Notes under the pieces: model-generated | Told to the model about the DNA's origin: nothing | Seen by the model: the letters and a program-made list of their open reading frames with translations, nothing else | The model's database searches: none | Assembly: GCF_024521635.1 (NCBI RefSeq) | Contig: NW_026250410.1 | Coordinates: forward strand, 868,001-932,000 | Direction of reading: 5' to 3' | From: Tricharina praecox | Lineage: Eukaryota | Length of the DNA: 64,000 nucleotides | Shown: positions 25,393 to 36,172 of the stretch, piece after piece | How positions within the stretch are numbered: position 1 is the first letter of the stretch | Layout of the letters: the number at the start of each line of letters is the position of its first letter | Position numbers and translations under genes: made by a program

Positions 25393-26722
25393 ATGGACCG
25401 AGAGCCTACAGAGCAGCCCTCAGAAGGCTACTGGCCCGGAACACCGCTTTTCGGCACTCCTCAACCGCCCAGCGAAAAATTCCAAGACGACTCATACACA
25501 TCATCGTCGTCCCAGCAGCAGCATGGCGGGCACCACCACAGCCAGCAGCAACGGTACCCGCCGTGGTTCCCGCCATCGGGAGTATCCCAGTGGATGCCGG
25601 AGCCATCCGACACACTGTACCCGATGGCGCCGCAGCCACCAGTAATCTGTGGCGGCGGCAACGGCAGCGGCAGCAGCCGCTCGAGCTCGTCCCGCCGCCG
25701 CGTTCCAAGCCCCATTGGTAGTCCCAGCCTCATCGCTTCGGAACAGGACGAGTACGGCCGGTTCGTCTGCAAATACGCCGAGTGCGACGCAAAGCCCCAG
25801 GACCGCATCTTCACCCGCAAGAGCGATTGGCGGTATGTTTCCCCCCACCCCCGTGTCATAGATGACATGAGATCTTCCGTTCCCAGTGCTGATGTCGTAT
25901 TGGCTACCTAGCCGGCATTCCGATAAGCACACTCGGCCGTATAGGTGCACGTACTCCACGTGCAAGGACCTAGCCGGCTTCGGCTGGGTAGGCGGCCTGA
26001 ACCGTCATCTCGAGGAGCTCCACAACAGCAAAGCCCAGCACAAGTGCCCGTACACCGAGTGCAAGCGCCATGTCAATGGCTTCTCGCGCTCAGCAAACCT
26101 CAAGAACCACATGCGGAAAGTGCACAATGTTGGCAGCGAGAGCTGCGGCGGCGGCGGCGGGGGATCCGCCGCTCCCTCGGAATTGGCCGACAACAGCTGC
26201 GGCGAGATCGACTCGCCTCCTCCTCCTCCTCCTCACAGGGAGGCGAAGCGGCTTCGCCGCTCGGATCGGACAGAGGACGAGCTCGTCAGGGCGATTGGCG
26301 AGGCTGAGATGGCAGTCAATAGGGCCAACGACGGCATGAGGACCGCGAGACAGACGCAACTGGATTGTATGGTGCATCTGGAGACGCTCAGGGCCGAGCT
26401 CGAGGATGGTCGGTCTAACTCTTCCGCTTCTGTTTCTGATTCATTTCCTTATTCTTCGGCGTACTACGGTGGTGGCGGAGGTGGTGGCGGGTGTTTCAGT
26501 GGTGGTGGTGGTGGTGGTGGTGGTGGTGGTGGTGGTGGTGGTGGTGGTGGTAGTGGTGGATACTTTCAGTCGTCTCCTACGCCGTCGGTGGCGAGCTACT
26601 ACGGCACTGCGGCTGTTACCGCCTCGCCGCTCTTCTACCCAGCGTCCCTTTCTCCGCCCACTCCCCCAGCAGAGTCCATAGCCTTCTATTCTCCGGGTCC
26701 TCCCTCGTGGCCAAATCACTAA
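25393..26722 (+). CDS. C2H2 zinc-finger transcription factor (3 fingers) with C-terminal coiled coil and poly-Gly tract; intron ~25833-25910
   Basis: CKYAEC..FTRKSDW|RHSDKHTRPYRCTYSTC..GGLNRHLEELH..CPYTECKR..GFSRSANLKNHMRKVH. GTATGT donor and CTGAT...TAG acceptor. (GGT)17 at 26501-26551. Confidence 0.85.
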
Positions 26723-27952
26723 TTCGGTGGCCGTCTTGTCTTGTGGGAATAGTCTATCTAGAGAAGCAAGCGAAGGCACTGGTCTACGACAGTTGATGGG
26801 CAGGACAGGAGTCTGCTGAACAACGGAGATGACCGGGGACCGTCCTCCCCACTTCCCTCCCTCCCTCCCTTTCCGATCCCTCCTCCCTCCTCCACACCTT
26901 TCCATCCGTCCACCACGTTTCTTTTGTCCACCACATTTCTTTTGTCCACAGCATAGTTAACCGGCGAATCTTTGTTTTCTGTTTTCTGTTTCTGTGTTTA
27001 TTTTTACCTTACTATTCTGTTTTCTGTTTTCTATTTTCTGTTTTTCTTTGGTGCGGGGATTGGGGTTGGGGATTTTCCTTTGTGGTCTGGCTGGCTGTTT
27101 GGCTTATTTGGCTATGGGTGAGTATGTAGGGGGGGAAGGCAGGGATGGAAACGGTACCTGTTAGACTGTGCGGTTGTTTGTTACGATGCAGGGGAAATGG
27201 GGGCAGCGGGGAGTGGGGGAATAAGGGGATGGTGGAATGGTGGAATAGGGGAATAGGGGAATGGAATGGTGGAGTTGGATATTGGATATCGGGTGGATGG
27301 ATGGATGGATGGATGGATGGATGGATGGAGGAACTCCTGTATGGTGGTTTGATATAGGGATGGATGGAAGTTGGATATGATATGCGGATGGGAATTATGG
27401 GTATCACTCTGGGTTTTATACAGGTACTACGGATAGAATTATGGGTATCACTCTGAACTTTGAAGTATGTACGGTTACCGGTACGGATTGTAGAAATTTG
27501 GCCCCTCCGGTTTTGGGTGTGCATATATGATATGTACCTAGGTGCCGTAGATGATTCTTGCGATATACGGAAAGGAAATCCCTTCCCTGGCAGGCAGTCA
27601 GTCAGTCCAGTCAGTCAGCATGCCTTTTTCTAGGGTTTTCTGCATGGGCTCAAAACACACCTCGCAGACAAACATCCCCTACGCATACCCACCTACTTAG
27701 TCATGCAGCTGCTGTTTCCAGTCAGTCGGCCAGTCAGTGACCAGCCAGTCAGTCTCGATAGTTAGCCGCCGCAAGGGGGAGGGGATGAAATGGCCAACAG
27801 CACAGCACAAACACAACACCTACTCTAGACGTGGAGGGGTACAGGGGATATGGAAGAGAAGGGGGAAGGATCTGTCGACCTCACCGGATCGAAATATCCA
27901 TTCGAATTTCCTTCACAGAGGGCCGGAGGACCAGAGTCGCAGACGATCACCC

Positions 27953-28030
27953 TACCATATCCACCATACCATATCCACCATACCATACCCACCATACCAT
28001 ACCCACCATACCATACCCACCATACCATAC
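27953..28030. repeat. 14-mer tandem repeat CCACCATACCATA(T/C), ~5 copies
   Basis: Read directly from the sequence. Confidence 0.85.
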
Positions 28031-28084
28031 GTATGGATGAATAGATAGATGTAGGTAGTATGTACTCCAATCCGACCAGATGGT

Positions 28085-28139
28085 CGGTCACTGGACGGTC
28101 ACTGGATAGTCACGGGATAATCACGGGGTAGTCACGTGA
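28085..28139. repeat. Five diverging 11-bp units with a TCAC core, ending in an E-box (TCACGTGA)
   Basis: cggtcactgga cggtcactgga tagtcacggga taatcacgggg tagtcacgtga. Confidence 0.8.
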
Positions 28140-29915
28140 TCTAGCAGGAGCCGGCCGGGGTAGGCATGGGCGGACTCGGCTAATCCCCAGGTCGGGGCCA
28201 CGGCAGGTGCACGGTGCGGCAAGTCAATGGCACGGGCACGGGGGGGATTTAGTTCTGATCCCACTCTATCCACCTTACTCTATTCTCTGAGGGAGGGGAC
28301 ACGGACGGCAGAGTACAGCACTGAGCACCGCTTTGTGGTTGATAATTGGTGGATTGGTGGTGGTGGTGGTGCTGGCTTACCACTGACCACTGACCATCGA
28401 ATACCGTACTGTGCCGTCCTTTCTTCTTCTTTTTTCTTGTTCTTTTTTTTGTTTTCTGTTCGACACAGAATTTCTTGATGGAATTTCTTGCATATGATTT
28501 CTTGCCTTGCTGCAGGTTGCTGCGAATTGCTGCGAGTTGCTAAACGGCCCCCAGGATGTTTGGTTGTTTAGCCAGATGTCGTGCATGCGAGACTCGAGAG
28601 ATCCCGGCCCCCGGGTACTACGGTGGTTTCGGTGATTTGGGTACTGGTAGGTCAGTAGGAGGCAAGTAAGAGGTAGGTAGGAGGTAGGTACACACTCCCC
28701 GCTGCCCTGAGTTGATACTACCCATTCCTCCCCGAGTCCTCCGTGCGTCGGGCTTACCGAAGGGTTAAACATCGTACCCGTGGTCCCGTGGCCGGAGGTT
28801 GGGGGTCGGCGGGTCGGGAGGTGGTGGGGAGTGGTGGGGAGTGAGTGTTGGGGGTGGTGAGGTGGGGGAGAGGGGGAGGGGGATATGAACCCCTGCCTCG
28901 TCAGTCATGGATGATGGAACAGGGTTCCCACACACCCGTACTGTGGAATTCTATGTACTCTATGTAGGGTGTGCATAGTAGAGTACTGTAACCAGATGTA
29001 ACTAGTGGTATGCACAGGATATATATCTCCGAAATCCCGCCGTGCCTGGGACCAACCGTGCTAGGCCGGGAAAGGCCTGTGAGTCGTAAGGCCAGGACAC
29101 AGTAGTTACTAGTACTAGATAGTTGTAGAATAGAGTACACAGCACACGGAACACAGTGCCTTGTCGGTCTGTCGGGCTGTGTGGCTGTCTGTCCAGAGTA
29201 TCCGTCCAATTATTGCGAGGGGGGTGCTGGATACTGGTTTAGGGCTGAAACATCACGGATGGTGGTGGTGGAAGTGATGGATGTGGTGGTGGTGTGGACA
29301 CTCCACCTTCCACTCCTCCAGAGTCCACCAAAAGTAGAGTAGTTATTACCCACCCATCACCCAGCAAGAACATACGATACGATAGTCAACCGTGACCAGG
29401 AAATCGTAAGTCCCCCGGCCAGTCGGAATGTATATACGCACACACGCAGGCCCGGTATCCGGTCTGATATGTATGTACAATGTACAATGTACGGTACGGT
29501 ACGATGGTTGCATGTGTTCCCATGTACGAACGGACGGGTCACGGGGCGCAAACCTCGACATTCTGGAAGGATCAAGCCTGTTATTCGGGTTCGGCGAGCA
29601 TCACCGGCGGGCGACACCTACTTGTAGTGCTCAGGCCGGATGTTGCTGGCGAAAAAGAAATAATTGCATCCAGAAGATGGTCTTCCGGAATCCGGAAGAT
29701 GTCGGCCTTCCGCTGCCGTTCGTCGGCCGTGGAGGAGCGTGATGTTTGTAGGGCTGGGGCCTGGGCTAATCGAAGGGATGTGCGCGCAACGGTCAGTAAG
29801 CTTATCAACGATCATATCCTGGCCGACAAGCTGGTGTGGGGGAAAGAAAAGGAAAGCTGGGCGGTGGGTGAGATTAGATGTCGTCGTTTCGGCGGTGTGT
29901 AGTGGGAACGAGAGT

Positions 29916-30013
29916 GAGAATGAGAGGGTGAGAATGAGAGGGTGAGAATGAGAGGGTGAGAATGAGAGGGTGAGAATGAGAGGGTGAGAATGAGAGGGTG
30001 AGAATGAGAGGGT
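29916..30013. repeat. Perfect 14-mer tandem repeat (GAGAATGAGAGGGT)x7
   Basis: Read directly from the sequence. Confidence 0.95.
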
Positions 30014-31037
30014 GAGAATGAGAATGGGATTGGGACTGGGCGTGGGCAATGGGAATAAAAAGGAAGGTGAGACTGAGAAAGGAAATGGGCGTGGGCAATG
30101 AGAGTGAGAATGAGAGTCAGAGTGAGAATAATAATTCACCGGCGTCACATACCTAGCTCAACTCGACGGGACGGCCGCTACACTCGAAGCGTCTGACGAG
30201 AGTGCTAGGTTAATGAAAGCGATTGATGCTGCCTCGTTTTCTGTACTCCAGAGCACTCTGCTCGGAGTCGACCGACGATACTACTAGGCACTAGACACGA
30301 ACAGATCTCCTCGATTCATGCGGTAATTCCGCCAAGCAGAGTAGAATAGAGTGCTTACTCATGACTACCGGGTTTGTGCTGGCTGGCTGGCTGGCCGGTC
30401 CTTGAGATTGTTGTTTTATCGATATACGGTATGGTAATTTGATCTGTATAAACCAGCCACAATCCGGAGGACACCCCGCAGTCGTTGATCCATAAATACG
30501 GATAGCTGTCAGAGTCCAGACGAGATTTTGAGTGTATGATATCCCGACAAGTGCCAAGTACACCGGTATCACCAAAACGCCGAGCACCAAGTAGCTGGCT
30601 ACACTTGAGGAGCGAACGGTTGCACACGGTAATGCGATCATTGATGATTGCACTGTTCAGCGGCCACTGGACCAGTAGTCTTTCCCCAAGGCTAAACTTA
30701 TCATTCGATCTTCCACCTTAGTTATCGAGTACATGCCAGTAACAAAGTAGGCATGAAATCACCGGTGGTCACTGGTGTGGTGGGTTCGGTCCAAGTGTGC
30801 TCATCCTCTCGTTGCTAGAGAGTCGTGTGGTTTTTGGATGAGAGTTGTGTTAGGACGGTTCTCAAATCCAGACATGTAGGTGGCGAGGTGATTAAGGAGC
30901 TGTCGGTGAGAGGAAGCGAATGTGATTTTACTTAGTAGTGGGAATCAACGTTGACGGGCATGGTGGGGTTGACTACTTAGTCACATATCACTTCATAGTA
31001 GGCTATATGAAGCCATTGAGGCAGGTGCTTATCCAAA

Positions 31038-31120
31038 GTCGGTATAGTATAGTGGTTAGTACGAAGCTTTGTGGTTCCAACAGATCAGCTTAGACCCATG
31101 TTCGATTCATGGTACCGACA
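31038..31120 (+). tRNA. tRNA-His(GUG) with an 11-nt intron (31075-31085)
   Basis: Acceptor stem GTCGGTA/TACCGAC plus discriminator A. D-arm TAGTATAGTGGTTAGTAC. Anticodon stem AAGCT/AGCTT with GTG at 31071-31073. T-arm CCATG-TTCGATT-CATGG. Intron sits at the canonical 37/38 position. Confidence 0.93.
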
Positions 31121-31129
31121 ATCTGAAAA

Positions 31130-31145
31130 TTTTTTGCCCTTTTTT
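31130..31145 (+). terminator. RNA polymerase III terminator (T runs) of tRNA-His
   Basis: TTTTTT at 31130-31135 and a second T run at ~31140-31145, immediately downstream of the tRNA. Confidence 0.75.
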
Positions 31146-31182
31146 CTGCTGCCATCACTCGCACACTTCAAGAGACGGATAA

Positions 31183-31370
31183 GTGACGAAAAATAGAAAA
31201 AATTTAGGTAGAGAATGGTCAGCAGCGCGCATCACACATGGGAGGTTCAAACCACCGAGGAAGATCAAGACAGTCGACCCAATTCCCGGGAAATCCCCGA
31301 AGCAGCTGGCCGCCCGGTACTACCAACCGAAGTCGGGACATGCCCTCACGGCGACCCACAGTCATGGGCG
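31183..31370 (+). mobile_element. Fragment of a fungal non-LTR (Tad-like LINE) ORF2, post-RNase H region
   Basis: Translation WSAARITHGRFKPPRK...KSPKQLAARYYQPKSGHALT resembles the recalled fungal LINE motif KRLASRFYQLKTGH that precedes the C-terminal zinc finger. Short and truncated. Confidence 0.6.
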
Positions 31371-31764
31371 GCTGGGTACTGTTTCTTGTCGGTTGCGATC
31401 CCAGTTGTCCCAAAAGAATAGTACATCACTCGCTCTTTGACTCCCGTTGTGGTATGCTGACTGTTGGTCCGGAAGGAATCAGGGGAAGCAAACGTCACAC
31501 CAGCCAGCAGAGTCCTATTGAGATTTCCGTGGCCTGGAGAAGTGGTCTTGTGCTTGAAGTTCCACCGGTTGTCAACGAGCCCTTCACGTCTCGACGAGCA
31601 AAGCCCCGATTCGCAGTGCAGCTTCTGACACTCTATTAACCAAGTTTATGTAGTAATTCCGCGAATACCGCCACCCTGAAAGATACATACCATGACCCAG
31701 CCTCAAGCCCAAGAACGCATGCACACGAAACTCAAATCCCTAGCAAGCCTGACTAGCCAAATTT

Positions 31765-32720
31765 CTAAGTGATCCGTAGCTCCTGTTTGCCACTAGGCTT
31801 TCCACCCGCCTGTTCATAATACGCCTCGATCACGTAGTGCTTACCGCCCATATCCATATATTCCGGATCCGAATGCTTGATGACCTATGCACGCACACAC
31901 ACCCCGCCCACAACGTTAGCGCATCCATTTCCCTTGCCCATCACCCGTCGCCAGGACTCAGAACTTACATCGCCGACTGTAGATCTATCGTACTGCATGA
32001 CCTGTCCAAAGCTCGCATAGTAGAAGCGGATCGTGCTGGGCGCGATCGCGTTCTGCGCCATGTACGACATGAGAACTTTCGAGACGCGCGTTGACAACTT
32101 CGGCTTCATGAAAGTTACGGCTGTGGTGGGCGGGGGGGCGGGGGGGCGGGTTAGTTAGTGCAGTGATGGAGAGCCGGTGCGGGTGCGAAGGGGGACGTAC
32201 GCCATTGGCTGCCGTTGGGAATGATAACGATATTCACTCGTTCGTCGGCCAGTTCTTCGATTCTAGGCTCGGGTTTGACGGTAACGGAGGTAGTGCGCTT
32301 CCGGGGTTTTTGGCCAACGCGAGTAATGGCCTGTGGGGGTGCCACCGGGGGAGCGTAGTACTGGGGCCTTTCAGGGGCCACTGGGGGACTGAGATACTGG
32401 GTCGTTCCAGGTGCCACCGCGGGGGTGACGTCCATAGCCTGTGAGGGAGTCACCGCAGGAGTGACGTCCATGGCCTGTGAGGGAGCCGCTGCGGGAGTGA
32501 CGTTCATGGCCTGTGAGGGAGTCGCCGCGGGAGTGAGGGCCATAGGCTCCGTCTGGCCGCGGCTGGCAGCCGAGCCGGGGGCGGTGGACTTTGCAGAGCC
32601 TGCGGCGGGGGCGGGGTCTTTGGGCTCACCAGAGACTGTGGTGGTGGTGGGGGCATTCTCTACGGGATCGTTCGTATTCACGGCGGGCGTATCCGTGAGG
32701 TTGCGGACGGGGAAATGCAT
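31765..32720 (-). CDS. Divergent SUMO-like (Smt3-like) ubiquitin-fold protein with a long repetitive N-terminal extension; 3 exons, ~263 aa
   Basis: Exons 32720-32201, 32120-31969 and 31884-31765. Introns GTACGT..CTAAC..CAG and GTAAGT..CTAAC..TAG, with phases consistent. Spliced C-terminus: RVNIVIIPNGSQWPVTFMKPKLSTRVSKVLMSYMAQNAIAPSTIRFYYASFGQVMQYDRSTVGDVIKHSDPEYMDMGGKHYVIEAYYEQAGG-KPSGKQELRIT. Confidence 0.75.
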
Positions 32721-33836
32721 TTGTTTAATTGTTGATGCGGTGCGGTGTGGGACAAGAGATTGTGGTTGTGAGTTGCAAGAGAAAACCCGGCGTTGTGAAG
32801 GAGTGCATACGTGACCCAGGTTTATATCTTCACCCCTCCCCGGCCGGTCCTGTGATAGGACCGTACAATCGTAATGGCTTCAGCAGAATCTGCTATGGCC
32901 CACATCTGTGCTCGCACATTCCACAGTTCCGCGACACCGGCTTGCGGACAAAGGGCGACGAGTCGTTAACAAAGGGCCGGCCGCGTATGGTCCTGTAGGG
33001 TCTATGGTCTGGAAGTATCGACCATAGAATACCGTTCTTACGTACAATCCATTTTCATCCGCCGGGGATGCCTGTAACGGCATGTTTGCTACCAGTATAT
33101 CGTGTGTTGGAGAACGTGAATCTCCTACTTCTCGAGCTCCAGGGCACAAAATGGCCGATACCTAGTTCGTTCTTTGTCTGTATCCGGAACTTTCTTTTCA
33201 GTCTCTGATGCATTTGATCTATCTAGGAATCCGTATGCTAGGTGCTCGGAGATTGTGGAGCAAGTTGAAATGAGTGCAGAACTGAAAGGAATCAACTTTA
33301 GATTGTCGACATCGGTTTTCAAGATCAAGAACTCGGCCTCAATACCCGCAACTTCCCAATATTTACATACCATGTATGGTGTACATTACTTCGACGGAAC
33401 ATTACCGCTCCTACAACCACAGTAGCCTATGGTAAGAGCAGCCTCTAGAACAATAAAAAAACGGACGGCTCCTCTTTCTAGAATAGACATGCTTCTCGTT
33501 TTCCCCTTCAACGACCTTCTGCTAGTATCGGCCCCCTGCTAACAAAGGACTGTATGTGTGGTGGGGAGCAGCAGGGGAACGCTATATCCACGGCGAGGCC
33601 AGCGGGATAGCCCTATGGCAAAGCCGGATGGGTGGTTGAGCAGTACTAGAATAGAAATCGGACAGTACCTGGAATGCACTGCGCAGGAGCGGAGCAGTAG
33701 AACAATTGCCATGTCTAAGTTACCTAGGTCCACACAGAACGAGTGATACCATGGGATTCTAGCAAGCTGGCTAAAATACAGACCAAATGTCAACGGTATC
33801 TCAAAATAGTACAAGAATAAGTCCCCTATGCCCCCT

Positions 33837-35126
33837 CTAGAAATTTGCCGTGCACACACTGGCCTTAACGAGGAAAGCTGCCCTCCCGCCCTCTTTCAGC
33901 TCCACGATGGCTGGCGACACAAACAACGCCACTCTCTCACCCCTCGGCTCCCCCGAGAGCTCGCGCATATACTGGTCTCTCCTCGCTGCATCCATCTCAC
34001 GGATCCACGAGGGGGTCTCATCCGCCTCATCCGCCTCTACCGTGCCTTCCGCCTCCCTCCCCAACGCACACCAGAAAGTCTCCTCCTCCTTCTCCGCGCT
34101 CCTCCTCCTCGTCTCCTCCTCCATCGAACGGCGATCCCGGATGGCCACCTGCTCTCTAACAGCGCGCTGCATCTCAATCGCCTCCGATGCACCCTCCCCC
34201 GCGTCCAGGATATCCATCGTCCCCAGCGTCTCCATCGCCCACAGATGGAAGCGGTCACTCCCCGGGCACCAGAACTTCTCCATGAACACCACGTCGAAGC
34301 GGGACAGAGCGCCGCGCATCGAGAGATGGACTTTGACCGCTATGTCCACGATTTGGTGGAGCTCGGCAGCGCGGTCGGCGGATGATGGTGCCTCGAGGAG
34401 GTGTGGGAGCATCTCGGTCTCGAATTCGACAGCGAGGGACCGGATCCGCTCGCTGCGAGCGGTGACGTGATCTTGGTGGTTGACGAGGCGAGAGATAACG
34501 TCTTTGCGCCAGAGGTTGGCAAAGGCTTCGGACTCTGTCTGGTTATTAGCACTTACTTACTTCTCATTACAGAAGTACTGTAATAGTGAAGGGGGATAAA
34601 AAGATACGCCTTTTACCGTATCATGACGGTCAAAATACGTATTTTGACCGTACTAATGCGATACTTGACCGTACTGATACGGAAAAAAGCGTATTTTTTT
34701 ACTCCCCCCTTCACTATACAGTAAGTATTTGAGGCAAAAGAATGCGGGATAGATACCCTGCGTCGCCAACTTCACCTCCCACTTCTGCAGCTCCTCGTCC
34801 TCCGCCTCCTCCAGCCCGAAGCAGTACTTGCCAAAGATGTGGTGGTTCAGCCAGGTGAAGATGAGCTTTTCGATCACCCACGCGGCTGGCTGCTGTTGAT
34901 CCAACCATATGTGGCCGTAGTAGCCCACATAATTATGCAGGCGCTGAGGAAGGCTCTCGGGATCGAGCTTGATGTCGTCGAAGTACGCCGTGGTGTAGTG
35001 ACTAATGCGAGATTTGAGAGCGGTCCATTGGATGATGATGTTCTCGATATCGGAGGAGGAGGAGGGGGAGGAGGGGGAGGAGGAATAGGAGGAGGTTGCC
35101 ATGCTCATGATGGTGTCACTCGACAT
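33837..35126 (-). CDS. Hypothetical fungal protein, 2 exons (intron 34756-34535)
   Basis: Exon 1 MSSDTIMS...WTALKSRISHY...IFGKYCFGL...LATQ. GTATCT donor and CTAAT...CAG acceptor splice in frame (ESEAFANLWRKDV...) to ORF 33837..34412, ending LFVSPAIV...LVKASVC. Confidence 0.7.
34578..34721. mobile_element. 144-bp MITE with long imperfect terminal inverted repeats and TA target-site duplication, inside an intron
   Basis: Left arm CTGTAATAGTGAAGGGGGATAAAAAGATACGCCTTTTACCGTATCATGACGGTCAA versus reverse complement of the right arm CTGTATAGTGAAGGGGGGAGTAAAAAAATACGCTTTTTTCCGTATCAGTACGGTCAA. Flanked by TA at 34576-34577 and 34722-34723. Confidence 0.8.
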
Positions 35127-36172
35127 AGCTGACAGTGGTTGTGTGGTCTTGTGGTATTGTGGCTTTGTGGTTTTGGGTTGAGGGGTCGAGGTCGTGGTAG
35201 CTGTGGGATTTTGAGAGAACTGTTGTGAAATCGAGGCTGTCTCTGGATGTGACGAAGGCCAGACACCCGCTGAAGGTGGTGCTGCTACAAGAGCCAGACC
35301 CGGGAGCATCTTTTCAAAAATTTCCCGGAATGGAAAAGGGCACTGGTCCGGAAGCAGACGGAGAGTCTAAGGAGCTGTCTGGGTCTAAAATAGGTAACCG
35401 TAGTAGTGAAACCATAGCTGTCTCTGGATGTGATGAAGGAACTAAAGGAAGGAAAGAACGTTGAAGTAGAGGAGTCAAAGCTACCGAGCTTGCGGTATTC
35501 AAGTCTCATGACAATCGGTCAAAACATTTGAATTTCGAACAGTGATTCATTCCATCTGCACCGACCAAACAACCCAAGCATTTTCTATCACTCGCCGTTT
35601 AGTCTCACCACACCTCCCTCTCAACTAGAACTTTCCTCACGCACTAGACCCTCTGCGGGTTAATCAAAGTGCTGTGGCTTGCTAGCTCTGTAGCTTTTTA
35701 ATGTGCTGATTTTGACCAATGAGAAAGAAGACACTTTCATTCCCCCAGTTGGGTTTTTCTGTGGGAGTGACCGTTGGCGGTCGCGGTCAGGTCGAATGCA
35801 ATGATTAAACAGAAACAAAACACACTGGACCCACCGGGCCAATAACTTTCACTTTATCGCAATTCAGCCATCCTCTCCTTCGCTTTAGCCTTTCACGCCT
35901 TTCCCAGATACCGGTAACTACACTCGAACGAATCACCGTCACCATCACATCACTCGCTCATTCTCTCCCAATGCTGCTCACGGATACGCACTCGCCCCCT
36001 CTGCCCCCTGTCAACTAATGAGATACCCCATCGGCAGGCCAGTTGACACGGTCGACAGTACCGTATAGTACCTACTATTATTATGATCCAGACAGAATAC
36101 CATGAGTGATATCTCATGAGTGTCCGCCCTGGTGCTAGGTACTGATATGTACAATACAAAGAAAACTCGCTA

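Noticed and set aside
29618..30148. ORFs with the repeated SHSHPLILTLSFSP peptide; superficially CRISPR-like periodicity
   Set aside because: A perfect 14-bp tandem repeat with no spacers, in a eukaryotic genome; neither CRISPR nor a credible CDS.
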